From NCBI GenBank assembly GCA_964558645.1, contig CAZLEV010000013.1:44995-108994 (forward strand): a stretch of 64,000 nucleotides of DNA, in the 5' to 3' direction. Positions 29,720 to 39,806 of the stretch are shown in pieces. The notes beneath the pieces were generated by a model. It did not search any database, was not told the DNA's origin, and saw nothing but the letters and a program-made list of their open reading frames with translations. The DNA is from an uncultured archaeon. GTDB taxonomy: Archaea; Asgardarchaeota; Thorarchaeia; Thorarchaeales; Thorarchaeaceae. Position 1 is the stretch's first letter. Every line of letters starts with the position of its first letter. Both the position numbers and the translations under genes were made by a program.

Positions 29720-31208
29720 ATTCGAATCTGGCCTTGCGTTTCTTCCGGTCCTCTCTTCTCTGACGTATCGGTAGCTGGAATGTCTGGCGGAGGCCATCTA
29801 CCGTTGACAATGTCTTGACGCTACGACGGGTCTCCTCCAGTATCGCGTCCAACACGATATGCTCATCTACCTCACCAGTTTCCTTCACCAACGCGAGTCT
29901 ATGAAGAGCGTAAACACCAACAACGACGGAAACCACAAAGACGAAATCTAACCCACTCAGATGGAAGGTGAAGAATTGCAGGACTCCCTCAGGTGCTGTC
30001 CAAATCACAGTGAATGACAGCTGACGTAGTGAGAAGAAGTCTGCAAGTATTCCCCCAGCAAAGGGAGCAATGGATCCTGCGATTGCAATCACGATTCCCC
30101 TCGCCGCAAGATACGACGTGGACTCACCACGGGGTGCCAACTTGAGTCCGATATTACCCGAGGTGAGGACTACACCTGCAGAGGATATTCCAGTCAAGGT
30201 ATGGATAACCAGTAGAAGAGGAATTGTGAATATATGATATCCCGGGAGTGTTGTGAAGGTCCAGAGTAGAACTCCAGTCATGTACATGGGGACGGTAACC
30301 TGGAGAACCGACTTGTTGCTGTATCTGTCAGAGAGCCGGCCCCAGAGCCTGAAGAATCCGATGCTAGCAGTCTGTGTCAAGACTGTAAAGAAGATTGCAG
30401 AGGGAACACTCAAGCCCAAGTGGGAGAGTAAATACACAGAGAAGAATGGAGCAGCAAGTGCTGTCGAGAGAGTCCAGACAAACGAGAAACGCATCAGGTT
30501 CCCGAAGTTCTCATCTTGAAATGGCTGAGTGATGGACTCGCGAAAAGAGCGTCTGGAGTCAGGAGTGTACAGTCTGGGCTCTGGTATTTTGAAGATGTAG
30601 TATATGGCTAAGACTCCGCTTAGGATGGCCACTGAGAAGAGAACGGAATAACCAACTAGGGGAGCCGATGTGTTCTGTAGTGCCCAATAGTCCACAAGCA
30701 CTCCAGCCAGAAGAGAAACTGGGACTCCCACTGCTGTAGAGATTGAGAGTCGCCTCGAGAAATACGAACCAAGACGATCCTGTGGAACCAAGTCCCTTAA
30801 CCACGAGTTCCAACCTGGTGATCCAATGGCCACAAACGTGGCTTGGAGGAACACAGATATGATGAGAAGGAGGAGGCCAGCAGCCGATTCTGCAATGAAC
30901 GGAATCAATGCCATCAGCAACAACGCAACACGATTCAGGGAGGTCGTTATCAAGTTGATCTTCTTCCTCTCGTGATATTTCTCTACGAGGAAGACAGAGG
31001 GAATCTGCAGTAACTGCGCAAGAGAGGGAATAGCAGCAAGGATTCCAATGACCACATTGGAGGCTCCGAGAAGTAGAGCGAAAGAAACCAGAAGGACTCC
31101 CTCTGTCAGTGTCAGACGAATCTGGGTGAAGAAGCCGTGCTTCAGGAGATCGTTGAGTGCGTCTTCTCGTTCCTGTGTTGTGAGGGAATCACGTGTTCTT
31201 AGATCCAA
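29718..31208 (-). CDS. MFS transporter
   Basis: About 12 TM helices; WNSWLRDLVP..RLG.YF; WGRLSDRYSNK. Confidence 0.88.
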   Translation of the reverse strand: MDLRTRDSLTTQEREDALNDLLKHGFFTQIRLTLTEGVLLVSFALLLGASNVVIGILAAIPSLAQLLQIPSVFLVEKYHERKKINLITTSLNRVALLLMALIPFIAESAAGLLLLIISVFLQATFVAIGSPGWNSWLRDLVPQDRLGSYFSRRLSISTAVGVPVSLLAGVLVDYWALQNTSAPLVGYSVLFSVAILSGVLAIYYIFKIPEPRLYTPDSRRSFRESITQPFQDENFGNLMRFSFVWTLSTALAAPFFSVYLLSHLGLSVPSAIFFTVLTQTASIGFFRLWGRLSDRYSNKSVLQVTVPMYMTGVLLWTFTTLPGYHIFTIPLLLVIHTLTGISSAGVVLTSGNIGLKLAPRGESTSYLAARGIVIAIAGSIAPFAGGILADFFSLRQLSFTVIWTAPEGVLQFFTFHLSGLDFVFVVSVVVGVYALHRLALVKETGEVDEHIVLDAILEETRRSVKTLSTVDGLRQTFQLPIRQRREDRKKRKARFE

Positions 31209-31357
31209 GTTGGTGCTGCCTCCTTGCCTGACATGCGGAGAACTAATGCACAGAAAAAGATGACGCGCCTTAAGATCAACATTCGATAATCAATTGACGG
31301 GTCATAAGACAAGCCTTAAGAAACTGCAGACTGGGAACCGTAGGTCAAGCAGAGAGT

Positions 31358-31645
31358 TTGGTCCATTTGTCATACTGTGTCTTGGTCAAAGGCCCCTGCA
31401 GAGGTAAGAAATGTGACTTCTGGGCCAGAGTCAGACTGAAAAAGAAGTCAGTCAGCACTATCGTCAGAGAGTTGGAAGAAGCAATACAGATATGCAACGC
31501 ACACGATGGCAAGACTTTGGATGATGCCATCAGAACCTACTGGTCAGAGGTCGGAATCAGAGATATGAATAGACTCTGCGAAGAAGAACCAGAGCTCTGC
31601 TCCAAAATACGACAAATCGAGGAAATTGCCGCCTCTAACACCTGA
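31358..31645 (+). CDS. Small Cys-rich hypothetical protein
   Basis: Fills the intergenic gap; CCTTAAG TATA-like box upstream; CVLVKGPCRGKKCDFW. Confidence 0.65.
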   Translation: MVHLSYCVLVKGPCRGKKCDFWARVRLKKKSVSTIVRELEEAIQICNAHDGKTLDDAIRTYWSEVGIRDMNRLCEEEPELCSKIRQIEEIAASNT

Positions 31646-31681
31646 GAACCTCCGATCGCAGGTGGTGGGCATTCCTGAGAA

Positions 31682-33289
31682 TCACTGGAACTCAGGAGGG
31701 ACCGGCACCATGTTCTCCCGGTTTAGCAACCAAAAGGAATCCAGTGCCCTCTTCACAGTCTGAATCTCGGCTATGCCTTCATCACCGTAGAGAACCTTGA
31801 GAAATCGGCGTTTGAGTTTCCCAATCCCATGCTCAGCTGCTACAGTGCCTCCGAGTTCTACTGCGCGTTGTGCAAACAGCATATAGTTGTCCATGCCCTG
31901 TTGAACCTCCTCCGAGTTACGAGGAATCATGTTCATGTGAAGATGGTTGTCGCCTATGTGTCCAAAAATCACATGCTCCATATTCTGTGATTCCAGCGTG
32001 GTTCTGCAGAACTCAAGGTAGCCCCTGAGAGCTGGGTCGGGAACAGCCATGTCAGTGCCTATCTTGTGTATTTCGGGATACTCTTGCTTGCGTTGCGCAA
32101 TCAATCCGTTGATTGTTTCTGGAACAAAGTGTCGAACAGTCTTCATCTTTTCGAGTTCGGTATAATCAAGACCAGCCCAGCTCGACTCGGATGATGAGTT
32201 ATGTCTATTCAGAATCTCCTCAAGGCCTAGCACCTTCTCCTCCATCTTATCTTCAGTGTAGGAGAACTCAAAGAATACAATCGCTTGAGTGTCATCAGTC
32301 ATTGCAGGTACGGTCAGACCAGCGCTGGATGCCTTCTCTCTGATCATGTTGAGAGCGTTCGGGCCGAAATACTCCAAGAAGTCCATAGGAACGGGAGTAT
32401 CGGGAGCTCTGACTTCATAGACGAAATCGACAGCGTCTTCTTCGCTGGGAAAGAATGCCATGACTGTCATGAGATTCTCGGGAAGAGGAATCAGCCCCAA
32501 TTCGACCACAGTAATGACACCAAGAATACCCTCGCAGCCTATGAAGAGGTCAATCAAATCCATCTCCTGTTTTGCATAGAGACCAGCTGCATTCTTGGTG
32601 TTCGGCATCTCGTATGTCGGGATGGGCAATTGAATCATCTCACCGTCTGAGAGCTCAATCTGGAAGATACCTCCCTCAGACAGTACCTCGCCCCGAGTAA
32701 TGTCCAGAATATCCCCGTTAGCCAATACTACACGAATGCGCTTCACCCAATCACGTGTGGCACCGTACCGAAACGTTCGGGCACCAGAGGCATTGCAGGC
32801 CACAACCCCTCCAAGCCAAGCGCTAGTTTCCGTTGGGTCAACAGGAAAGGTGTATTTGGACTGCTCTGATAGGAAGCGCTCAAGAGCTGACTCCTGCTCA
32901 GCTGTCCCTTTGTCCTTAAGCATATCCAGGTTCTTCTTCTGAATGAAGTCGACCAAGTCCTCCAGCAGAACTCCGGTCTCGGCGGCGACCGTGTACATGT
33001 CCTCATCCGGATAGTAGTTCACGTACAGCATTCGATTGAGCTTCTCAAGATTCAGAGCCATTCCCCCCATTGGGACAGCCCCTCCTGTAAGCCCTGTTCG
33101 CCCGCCCTGTATTGTGACTTGCGTCCGTTTCTTAGTTGCATTATGAAGTATTGTTGATATCTCAGCCTCGGTAGAGGGAAACACAAGCTGGTCAGCTGTA
33201 CCATCGAAAGAGTGAGATTCGTCATCCAAGTACAGTGCATAGGTATCTTTGATATCTGCCTGATTCGTGATCGTCTTTGTGTCAGACAA
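31682..33289 (-). CDS. FAD-linked oxidoreductase (GlcD/D-lactate dehydrogenase family)
   Basis: QGGRTGLTGGAVP, FPVDPT, ACNASGA, GCEGILG, FGHIGDNHLH, AEHGIG; start trimmed to TTG 33289 to avoid overlap with the divergent gene. Confidence 0.9.
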   Translation of the reverse strand: MSDTKTITNQADIKDTYALYLDDESHSFDGTADQLVFPSTEAEISTILHNATKKRTQVTIQGGRTGLTGGAVPMGGMALNLEKLNRMLYVNYYPDEDMYTVAAETGVLLEDLVDFIQKKNLDMLKDKGTAEQESALERFLSEQSKYTFPVDPTETSAWLGGVVACNASGARTFRYGATRDWVKRIRVVLANGDILDITRGEVLSEGGIFQIELSDGEMIQLPIPTYEMPNTKNAAGLYAKQEMDLIDLFIGCEGILGVITVVELGLIPLPENLMTVMAFFPSEEDAVDFVYEVRAPDTPVPMDFLEYFGPNALNMIREKASSAGLTVPAMTDDTQAIVFFEFSYTEDKMEEKVLGLEEILNRHNSSSESSWAGLDYTELEKMKTVRHFVPETINGLIAQRKQEYPEIHKIGTDMAVPDPALRGYLEFCRTTLESQNMEHVIFGHIGDNHLHMNMIPRNSEEVQQGMDNYMLFAQRAVELGGTVAAEHGIGKLKRRFLKVLYGDEGIAEIQTVKRALDSFWLLNRENMVPVPPEFQ

Positions 33290-33440
33290 ATCGACATACT
33301 TCGCCTGTTCAGCCTTTATTCGGTTCGTGCACAAAGTCTTCACCCAAAAGGTCTTGAGAACAGTGACATGGATTATGTTATCAAGTCTTAGGTAAGTCGG
33401 TGGATAGTGGGTTATACGAAAAGGAGGACCTCGAAGCAAG

Positions 33441-34340
33441 ATGAGAATAGCAGCAATCTCTGACATACACGTACGTCCTGACGGGAGTGATGCACCCCTC
33501 ATTCGGGAGATTAGACGTCGTGTAGAGGAGATTGCACCTGATATCTTCATAATTGCGGGGGACATAAGTGATCATAGTGCGGTACTATCAGAAACTCTCG
33601 CCGAATTGCATATTGAAGATATACCCTGTCTATATGTTGCGGGCAATCATGACATCTGGTTTGAGAGTGAGGCGGGGCTGAGCTCGCTAAGGAAATACTC
33701 GTATCTGGTGGGCAACATCTGCAGAAACAACGAATTCATACACCTTCCTGACAAATCACATGTTGAAGGAACCCTTGCATTTGTTGGGAGCATTGGCTGG
33801 TCAGACTATACCTTCAGACGCACCGATTTGGATATCCCAGAAGAGCAGTATGAGAAGAAAGAGTATCGAGGTGCTTTCTGGTACGACATGTTCAATATAG
33901 ACTGGGAATTCTCAGACAAAGAGGCTACAGACCTCTTCAACCGGAAGTTGGAATACGACCTCAGCATCTTGCCTGAGGAGGTCACAAGAGTTGTCTATGT
34001 TTCTCATCACCTGCCCTTCAAGGAACTGACAGTCTACAAGAATAAGATGCCTTGGGACTTCTTCTCAGCCTATATGGGTTCGATTAAGACTGGTGAGATA
34101 CTACTGAGCGATGAGCGCCCGATACTCTCTATATCGGGCCACAGCCACATAAGAAACAAAATCCAGAAGGAATCTATAACAGCGGTGACAGTACCCCTAG
34201 GCTATGGCAGGCCCCTCGATGATGACTATTCAAATCTCGTACGAGATGCCGTAGCGGAGATTGTAATCCAAGGGCGGGATGTCGTAATACCAACTTTCGT
34301 TGAGGGAAACATCTGCAGAGGTTTACCGTACACCAGATGA
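33441..34340 (+). CDS. Calcineurin-like metallophosphoesterase
   Basis: SDIH, AGDI, GNHD, HHLP, GHSH. Confidence 0.9.
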   Translation: MRIAAISDIHVRPDGSDAPLIREIRRRVEEIAPDIFIIAGDISDHSAVLSETLAELHIEDIPCLYVAGNHDIWFESEAGLSSLRKYSYLVGNICRNNEFIHLPDKSHVEGTLAFVGSIGWSDYTFRRTDLDIPEEQYEKKEYRGAFWYDMFNIDWEFSDKEATDLFNRKLEYDLSILPEEVTRVVYVSHHLPFKELTVYKNKMPWDFFSAYMGSIKTGEILLSDERPILSISGHSHIRNKIQKESITAVTVPLGYGRPLDDDYSNLVRDAVAEIVIQGRDVVIPTFVEGNICRGLPYTR

Positions 34341-34565
34341 TGGAAATCGGTTGTTGTCTTGGTTTGAAGATGCATGGGATACTGATGGAAACCGAGATCT
34401 CAGGAACTCGGAACGTGAGAAGCTCGCAGAGCTCATGCTGGTCCGATCTGGCACGTGTCCGCCTGCAGAGTCTTTTCCTAATGCTGCTGCAACTCATACG
34501 ATTGTCAGTAGGGCCAAGACCAACAGGATAGCAACATCGCTGCTTAATGTGAGAATCATGAGCAT
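34323..34565 (-). pseudogene. Small single-TM protein gene interrupted by an in-frame TGA
   Basis: MLMILTLSSDVAILLVLALLTIV-TGA-VAAALGKDSAGG...; AGGTGTGG upstream; the hydrophobic run continues across the stop. Confidence 0.4.
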
Positions 34566-34760
34566 CCACACCTATGCATCCAGTTTCAGAGCCAACGCTG
34601 GATTTGCCTGCCAAGGAAGAAGAACACGGTCGGTACATTAATGAATTGAGGGCCTCTCAGCATCCTAGACCCGTTCGATAGAGAGATTCTTCATGGTCAC
34701 CCAGGCGGTGCCAGCCCTTGAAGGTAATCAGATGATGCCGGGAAACGCTCCAAGCGAACG

Positions 34761-35276
34761 GTGCCATTGGAGACAAGTGTAGTGCCCAAACGAGCTCGAT
34801 GCCCCTACTGTGACAGACTCTTCTCTCGAGACCGTCTTGACGACCATGTTAGCCACTGCAGGAGGAGGATTGTCCAGACAGGGACGAGCAAGCCTACCCA
34901 TCGGCCCATTATGATTGTGGACGGAAACAATGTGGCATACTATTTGTCAAGCACAGGTGTACCGAAAGTGCATAACCTGATTCTAGCGAGGCAGAGTCTG
35001 AAACAGGCGGGATACAGACCAATCATTGTGGTGTCGGCTGCACTGATTCATAAGATTGATCGACCTGAAGTGCTGAGAAACATGATAGATGGCATCTCTG
35101 TGGTCGAATCGCCCCGAGGGACAAACGACGATCTGACCATAGTCAGGCTTGCAAAGCAAAGAAACGCAGAGATATTAAGCAATGACAGGTTCCTTGACTG
35201 GCAGGACCGCTTTCCGTGGCTCACTTCTCGACTAAGGAGGTATAGGATGACGCCCGCGGGTCTGATTCTATCATAA
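34761..35276 (+). CDS. C2HC Zn finger plus Zc3h12a/regnase-type NYN (PIN) ribonuclease
   Basis: CPYC..HVSHC; IVDGNNVA; NDDLTI; ILSNDRFLDW. Confidence 0.8.
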   Translation: MPLETSVVPKRARCPYCDRLFSRDRLDDHVSHCRRRIVQTGTSKPTHRPIMIVDGNNVAYYLSSTGVPKVHNLILARQSLKQAGYRPIIVVSAALIHKIDRPEVLRNMIDGISVVESPRGTNDDLTIVRLAKQRNAEILSNDRFLDWQDRFPWLTSRLRRYRMTPAGLILS

Positions 35277-35340
35277 GACTTCGATGCTTCGAAAGCGTTA
35301 AAATCGCCTTTTAGGTGGCGATTCTATAACATTTCGAGTC

Positions 35341-37122
35341 ATGGTGAGGCGGATGCGTATCGACGAGCTACGAGAGAAGTATCTTGAATTTTTCAAGCAG
35401 AAGGAGCATGCCATAATTCCATCAGCATCGCTCATTCCTGAACACGATCCGACGGTACTCTTCACTACTGCCGGCATGCATCCCCTTGTGCCCTATTTGC
35501 TTGGGCAGAAACACCCCATGGGAAGACGGCTTGCAAACTGTCAGAAATGTATCAGAACAACCGATATAGAAGAAGTAGGTGACCCAAGTCATCTCACCTT
35601 CTTTGAGATGTTGGGAAACTGGAGCTTGGGGGATTATTGGAAAGAAGAAACCATCAGATGGAGTTTCGAGTTCATGACCTCTGAGGAATGGCTTGGTCTT
35701 GACCCTCAGAAACTGTCTGTCACTCTTTTCGCCGGTGATGACGATGCTCCAAGAGATGAGGAATCAGCTAGAATATGGAAAGAGATGGGAGTCCCTGAAG
35801 AGAGAATATACTTCCTTCCGAAGAAGGACAACTGGTGGGGTCCAGCAGGCATCACCGGCCCATGTGGGCCGTGTACTGAGATGTTCATGGAAGTTGATGA
35901 TGTGCCAAAGTGCGGCCCCAAGTGCATGCCCGGGTGTAACTGTGGCCATTACTTCGAGATTTGGAACGATGTGTTTATGGAATACAACAAGGAACAGGAC
36001 GGATCCTATTCGAAACTAGAACAGAGGAACGTTGACACGGGGATGGGAGTGGAGAGAACCGCGGCTATGCTACAAGGGGTCTCAACAGTATACGAGTTGG
36101 AGAACTTTACCCCGATAGTAGACAAGATCAAAGATCTCTCTCAGAGAGAGCTGGATGAATCGGATGAACATGAGGTCCGTGTTGTAGCAGACCATGTGAA
36201 AGCCGCGACCATGATAATGGCCGATGATAGAAGGATAGCGCCTTCAAACACTGAACACGGCTATGTCGTTCGTCGATTGCTCCGAAGGGCGATATTGAGC
36301 GCAGACCGACTAGAACTAGGACAGGGGTTCATGGAAGATATAGCACAGATGGTCATTGATGTGTACAAAGATATCTACGAAGAGGTTGAACGAAATCGCG
36401 AGTTCGTTATGGAGAACCTAAGACGAGAGGAGAAGAAGTTCAAGCGAACCTTGCGACGAGCACTAAGAAAACTTGAAAGAGTTCTCGATGATACCGGAGA
36501 TATAACAGGCGAGGATGCTTTCTTGCTGTTCACCAGCTATGGCTTACCTATTGAGATTACAAGAGAGATCGCCCAGGAACGTGGCCTCAAGATAGACATG
36601 GATGAGTTCAGAGAGGAGTTCGAGCATCATAGAGAGGTATCTCGTGCTGAGAGTCAAGGGAAATTCAAAGGAGGGCTTGCTGACCACAGTGAAGCAATCA
36701 CCAAGCTGCATACGGCCACGCACCTTCTACAGGAGGCTCTTCGCAGAGTACTAGGGAACACTGTGAAGCAGATGGGTAGCAATATCACAAAGGAGAGACT
36801 GAGATTCGACTTCAGCTTTAATCGGAAGCTTACACCAGAGGAGATTGAGAGTGTAGAGAAGTTGGTGAATGATGTCATAGAGAGAGACCTGAAAGTGAAA
36901 CAGCAATTCATGTCATATGATGAGGCGATTGAGAGGGGAGCCCTCGCCTTCTTCAAAGAGAACTACGGAGATGAGGTCTCCGTTTACTCTGTTGGCGACT
37001 TCAGTATGGAACTCTGTGGAGGACCACATGTGGATCACACTGGGGTTCTTGCTCGATTCAAAATCAAGAAGCAAGAGAACATTGGCTCAGGGGTAATGAG
37101 GATCAGAGCTGTCTTGGAATAA
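35341..37122 (+). CDS. alaS: Alanyl-tRNA synthetase, short form lacking the C-Ala domain
   Basis: LFTTAGM, CQKCIR, FFEMLGNWS, EIWNDVF, VDTGMG.ER, HTATH, ELCGGPHV; ends right after the editing domain. Confidence 0.95.
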   Translation: MVRRMRIDELREKYLEFFKQKEHAIIPSASLIPEHDPTVLFTTAGMHPLVPYLLGQKHPMGRRLANCQKCIRTTDIEEVGDPSHLTFFEMLGNWSLGDYWKEETIRWSFEFMTSEEWLGLDPQKLSVTLFAGDDDAPRDEESARIWKEMGVPEERIYFLPKKDNWWGPAGITGPCGPCTEMFMEVDDVPKCGPKCMPGCNCGHYFEIWNDVFMEYNKEQDGSYSKLEQRNVDTGMGVERTAAMLQGVSTVYELENFTPIVDKIKDLSQRELDESDEHEVRVVADHVKAATMIMADDRRIAPSNTEHGYVVRRLLRRAILSADRLELGQGFMEDIAQMVIDVYKDIYEEVERNREFVMENLRREEKKFKRTLRRALRKLERVLDDTGDITGEDAFLLFTSYGLPIEITREIAQERGLKIDMDEFREEFEHHREVSRAESQGKFKGGLADHSEAITKLHTATHLLQEALRRVLGNTVKQMGSNITKERLRFDFSFNRKLTPEEIESVEKLVNDVIERDLKVKQQFMSYDEAIERGALAFFKENYGDEVSVYSVGDFSMELCGGPHVDHTGVLARFKIKKQENIGSGVMRIRAVLE

Positions 37123-37197
37123 GAGGATCGGAACGAACGCAAGTCATATCTGGCAGCAGGATATAGAGCAGATAATCATTGACATTATTGGAAGCGG

Positions 37198-37863
37198 ATG
37201 ATCATGGGCACTTTCTCGCGCATATTTGGGTTGGGTGACAAAGAACTACAGGAGAAAGCGGAGAAACTTCTTCTTAGTCTCAGTAAGCTACTCCAGAAGG
37301 CATGTGCAAAATTGCATGCACAGGTCGAGTGCTGGGCTGATGGCGATGAGGAGAAGGTAAGAGAGATTGCTGATGAAATAATCCAGATAGAACGAAAAGC
37401 GGATGACACCAAAGACTCTCTAATCAACAGCGTCTTCGCTAAGCATGCATATCTTCCTCAACAAACACAGGAACGGTATGACCTTATCACCATGATGGAC
37501 CATGTGATTGATGCAGCAGAAGAAGGAGCTCGAAGCATTCTTGCGGGTCTTCACAAGAAACCTCCGGAGGAGATTGTGACTATATCTGAGAAGTGTTGGA
37601 ATTGTACAGATATGCTGCAGGATGCTATAAAATATATATTCACTGACTTTGAGGAGTCCATCAGATACTCACGGAAAATCGAAGATATCAGAGAAGAGGC
37701 ACGAGATGCAAGATTCAACCTCATCGGGAAGATATGCACGGATGACTACGGACCGATTGATGCGATGTACTATCAGCTGGTCTCAACAGAAATACTCGAA
37801 GTAGCAATCCGAGCAGAGGAGACCGCGGATCTCATTCGAGCAATTGCTGTCAGGTACGTTTAG
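37198..37863 (+). CDS. DUF47/PhoU-like phosphate transport regulator
   Basis: IERKADD..D.VID.AE helical pattern; directly upstream of PiT. Confidence 0.85.
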   Translation: MIMGTFSRIFGLGDKELQEKAEKLLLSLSKLLQKACAKLHAQVECWADGDEEKVREIADEIIQIERKADDTKDSLINSVFAKHAYLPQQTQERYDLITMMDHVIDAAEEGARSILAGLHKKPPEEIVTISEKCWNCTDMLQDAIKYIFTDFEESIRYSRKIEDIREEARDARFNLIGKICTDDYGPIDAMYYQLVSTEILEVAIRAEETADLIRAIAVRYV

Positions 37864-37880
37864 TCGGAGGAAAGACTCCA

Positions 37881-38909
37881 TTGGACATCTTCCTCCTATC
37901 TTTGCTGCTCGTCATAGGTTTTCTCGTTGCATTCGCTGTGGGAAGTAACGACGAAACCATGAGCCCCGCCGTTGGTGCAAGAGTCTTCACCATCAATGCC
38001 GCGGTTGCCATTGGGGGAGCAATCAACATAGTTGGTGCGCTTACGCTTGGAAGCAACGTATCAGAACGGGTCGCCTCAGACATAGCAAGCGGAAGTCCAC
38101 TCACACTGGCAATGGCCTTTGCTGTTCTTCTCTCTATGGCAACATGGCTTCTTGTTGCATCTATCACTCGCGGGCTGCCAATCAGCACAACACAGAGTGT
38201 TGTTGGATCTGTGATCGGTGTGGTTGCCATAGGACCGTTCTTGGGCCTGACCAACGCCGAATCGTATCTGGTAGACTGGGTAGTTGTCAGCCAGATATTC
38301 TTGGGCTGGATCATATCACCTGCAATCGGCTTCATCATCAGTGGGTTGGTCTACGCTGGAGTCAGGAGGTTGCAGAAGAGCGCAACTGGGCTGACATCGA
38401 GAGAGGAACAGGAGAGAATCGCAGCTTATGGTTTGGCTGTATTCCTGATCATAACATCATTGAGCAGAGGTGGGAATGACGTTGCCAATGCGGTAGCTCC
38501 TCTTATTGGATTGCCGGATTTTCAGGGTGTAACGGCTCTTGGCCCATTTGTCATCCCGATCGGATATGTCCCACTTTTCGTTGGAGGGATTGGGATGGCA
38601 CTGGGACTGACAGTAGTCGGACGACGAGTTCTCAAGACTCTTGCAACAGAGGTTGTTACTCTTTCACCCACATCGGCCTTATCAGCGAGCATCGCGACGA
38701 GTACGGTGATGTTTGTTGGTACCTGGTTGGGCTTCCCCTTGAGTGGCACCCATGTTCTCGTTGCGGCACTTGTCGCAGTAGGATGGATATCTCGCGAACC
38801 AGTCAAGAAGCGCCAGATTAGAAACATCGTTATTTCATGGATTGTGACCGTACCTGTTTCCGCGATTCTTGCTATAGGTGTGTTTGCAGTAGTTCGACCT
38901 TTCTTCTAG
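37881..38909 (+). CDS. pitA: PiT family inorganic phosphate transporter
   Basis: GSND, GLPISTTQSVVG, GGNDVAN, PLSGTH. Confidence 0.92.
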   Translation: MDIFLLSLLLVIGFLVAFAVGSNDETMSPAVGARVFTINAAVAIGGAINIVGALTLGSNVSERVASDIASGSPLTLAMAFAVLLSMATWLLVASITRGLPISTTQSVVGSVIGVVAIGPFLGLTNAESYLVDWVVVSQIFLGWIISPAIGFIISGLVYAGVRRLQKSATGLTSREEQERIAAYGLAVFLIITSLSRGGNDVANAVAPLIGLPDFQGVTALGPFVIPIGYVPLFVGGIGMALGLTVVGRRVLKTLATEVVTLSPTSALSASIATSTVMFVGTWLGFPLSGTHVLVAALVAVGWISREPVKKRQIRNIVISWIVTVPVSAILAIGVFAVVRPFF

Positions 38910-39799
38910 GCCACAGTGTTATACAGTTCAAAGAAGGCGTCAGGGCCGTCTACTATGGTCTGAACCAGAGCCCTTCTCCCGAGTTTTTCATCAATACGCA
39001 TGGCCATATGAGCCCCTGCAATGTACCAGAGCCGACGGTTTCGACCAGACATGTCTTCTAGTACCTCCATATCATTGGAAACAAGTGGGCGCTGGCCCTC
39101 CTGTTCGAGATTCTTGACCGTAGCAGAGTATTCCGCCACCCGCTGTTCACGCAGTGATGTATCAAGGAGTACTCGATAGTCTGTGTTCCCCAAGACTCCG
39201 GACTCGATACGCCTCTCAAGAGGAGCATGTACTGCAAGCCCCTCAAGATGAGTGGCATAACGAATGACTTCAAGAAGGTCAGCGATTGTCTTCACCTCTT
39301 CCATTTTGAATATAGGATTATAGCGGGTGAATCCAACATGGTGAATCTCGTGCATGGCCATGAACGGTATCTCACGTGGATCCTTCTGAAAACAAGAGTG
39401 TGCAAAATTCACAATGGCCGAACCTTCGGAAACTATTCCGATATCGTAGCCAATTATCGCATATAGAACAGTTTCAAGGTCACATCCATCAGGGAGATAC
39501 ATCTCGAGCTCACTGAAGAGGTCTTCGTACACATCCCGGTTTTGCCTCAGATGACTAAGCGAGCTCTCTGCAGCCCGGAGTGTTTCAAGACTCTGACTGC
39601 GTTTGGTTTCAAGAATACTTTCCCAGAAGCTTCGGATTGTCTGCGTTGTGTTCTCAAATCGTATCGCATGATTGTACGTCTTGATTGCTGCCGGATGTCG
39701 GATGATGGCATCTAAGAGGCCCGAATTGACACCACGAACGTAGGCTAGTAGATCGTCCAGGAGCGAGATGTCTATCTCCACGTGGACGGATGCGACCAA
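38906..39799 (-). CDS. Putative Zn-dependent protease (DUF5700-like)
   Basis: HEIHH zincin motif plus downstream EGLA; WYIAG..MA..I. Confidence 0.75.
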   Translation of the reverse strand: MVASVHVEIDISLLDDLLAYVRGVNSGLLDAIIRHPAAIKTYNHAIRFENTTQTIRSFWESILETKRSQSLETLRAAESSLSHLRQNRDVYEDLFSELEMYLPDGCDLETVLYAIIGYDIGIVSEGSAIVNFAHSCFQKDPREIPFMAMHEIHHVGFTRYNPIFKMEEVKTIADLLEVIRYATHLEGLAVHAPLERRIESGVLGNTDYRVLLDTSLREQRVAEYSATVKNLEQEGQRPLVSNDMEVLEDMSGRNRRLWYIAGAHMAMRIDEKLGRRALVQTIVDGPDAFFELYNTVA

Positions 39800-39806
39800 T
39801 ACACAG

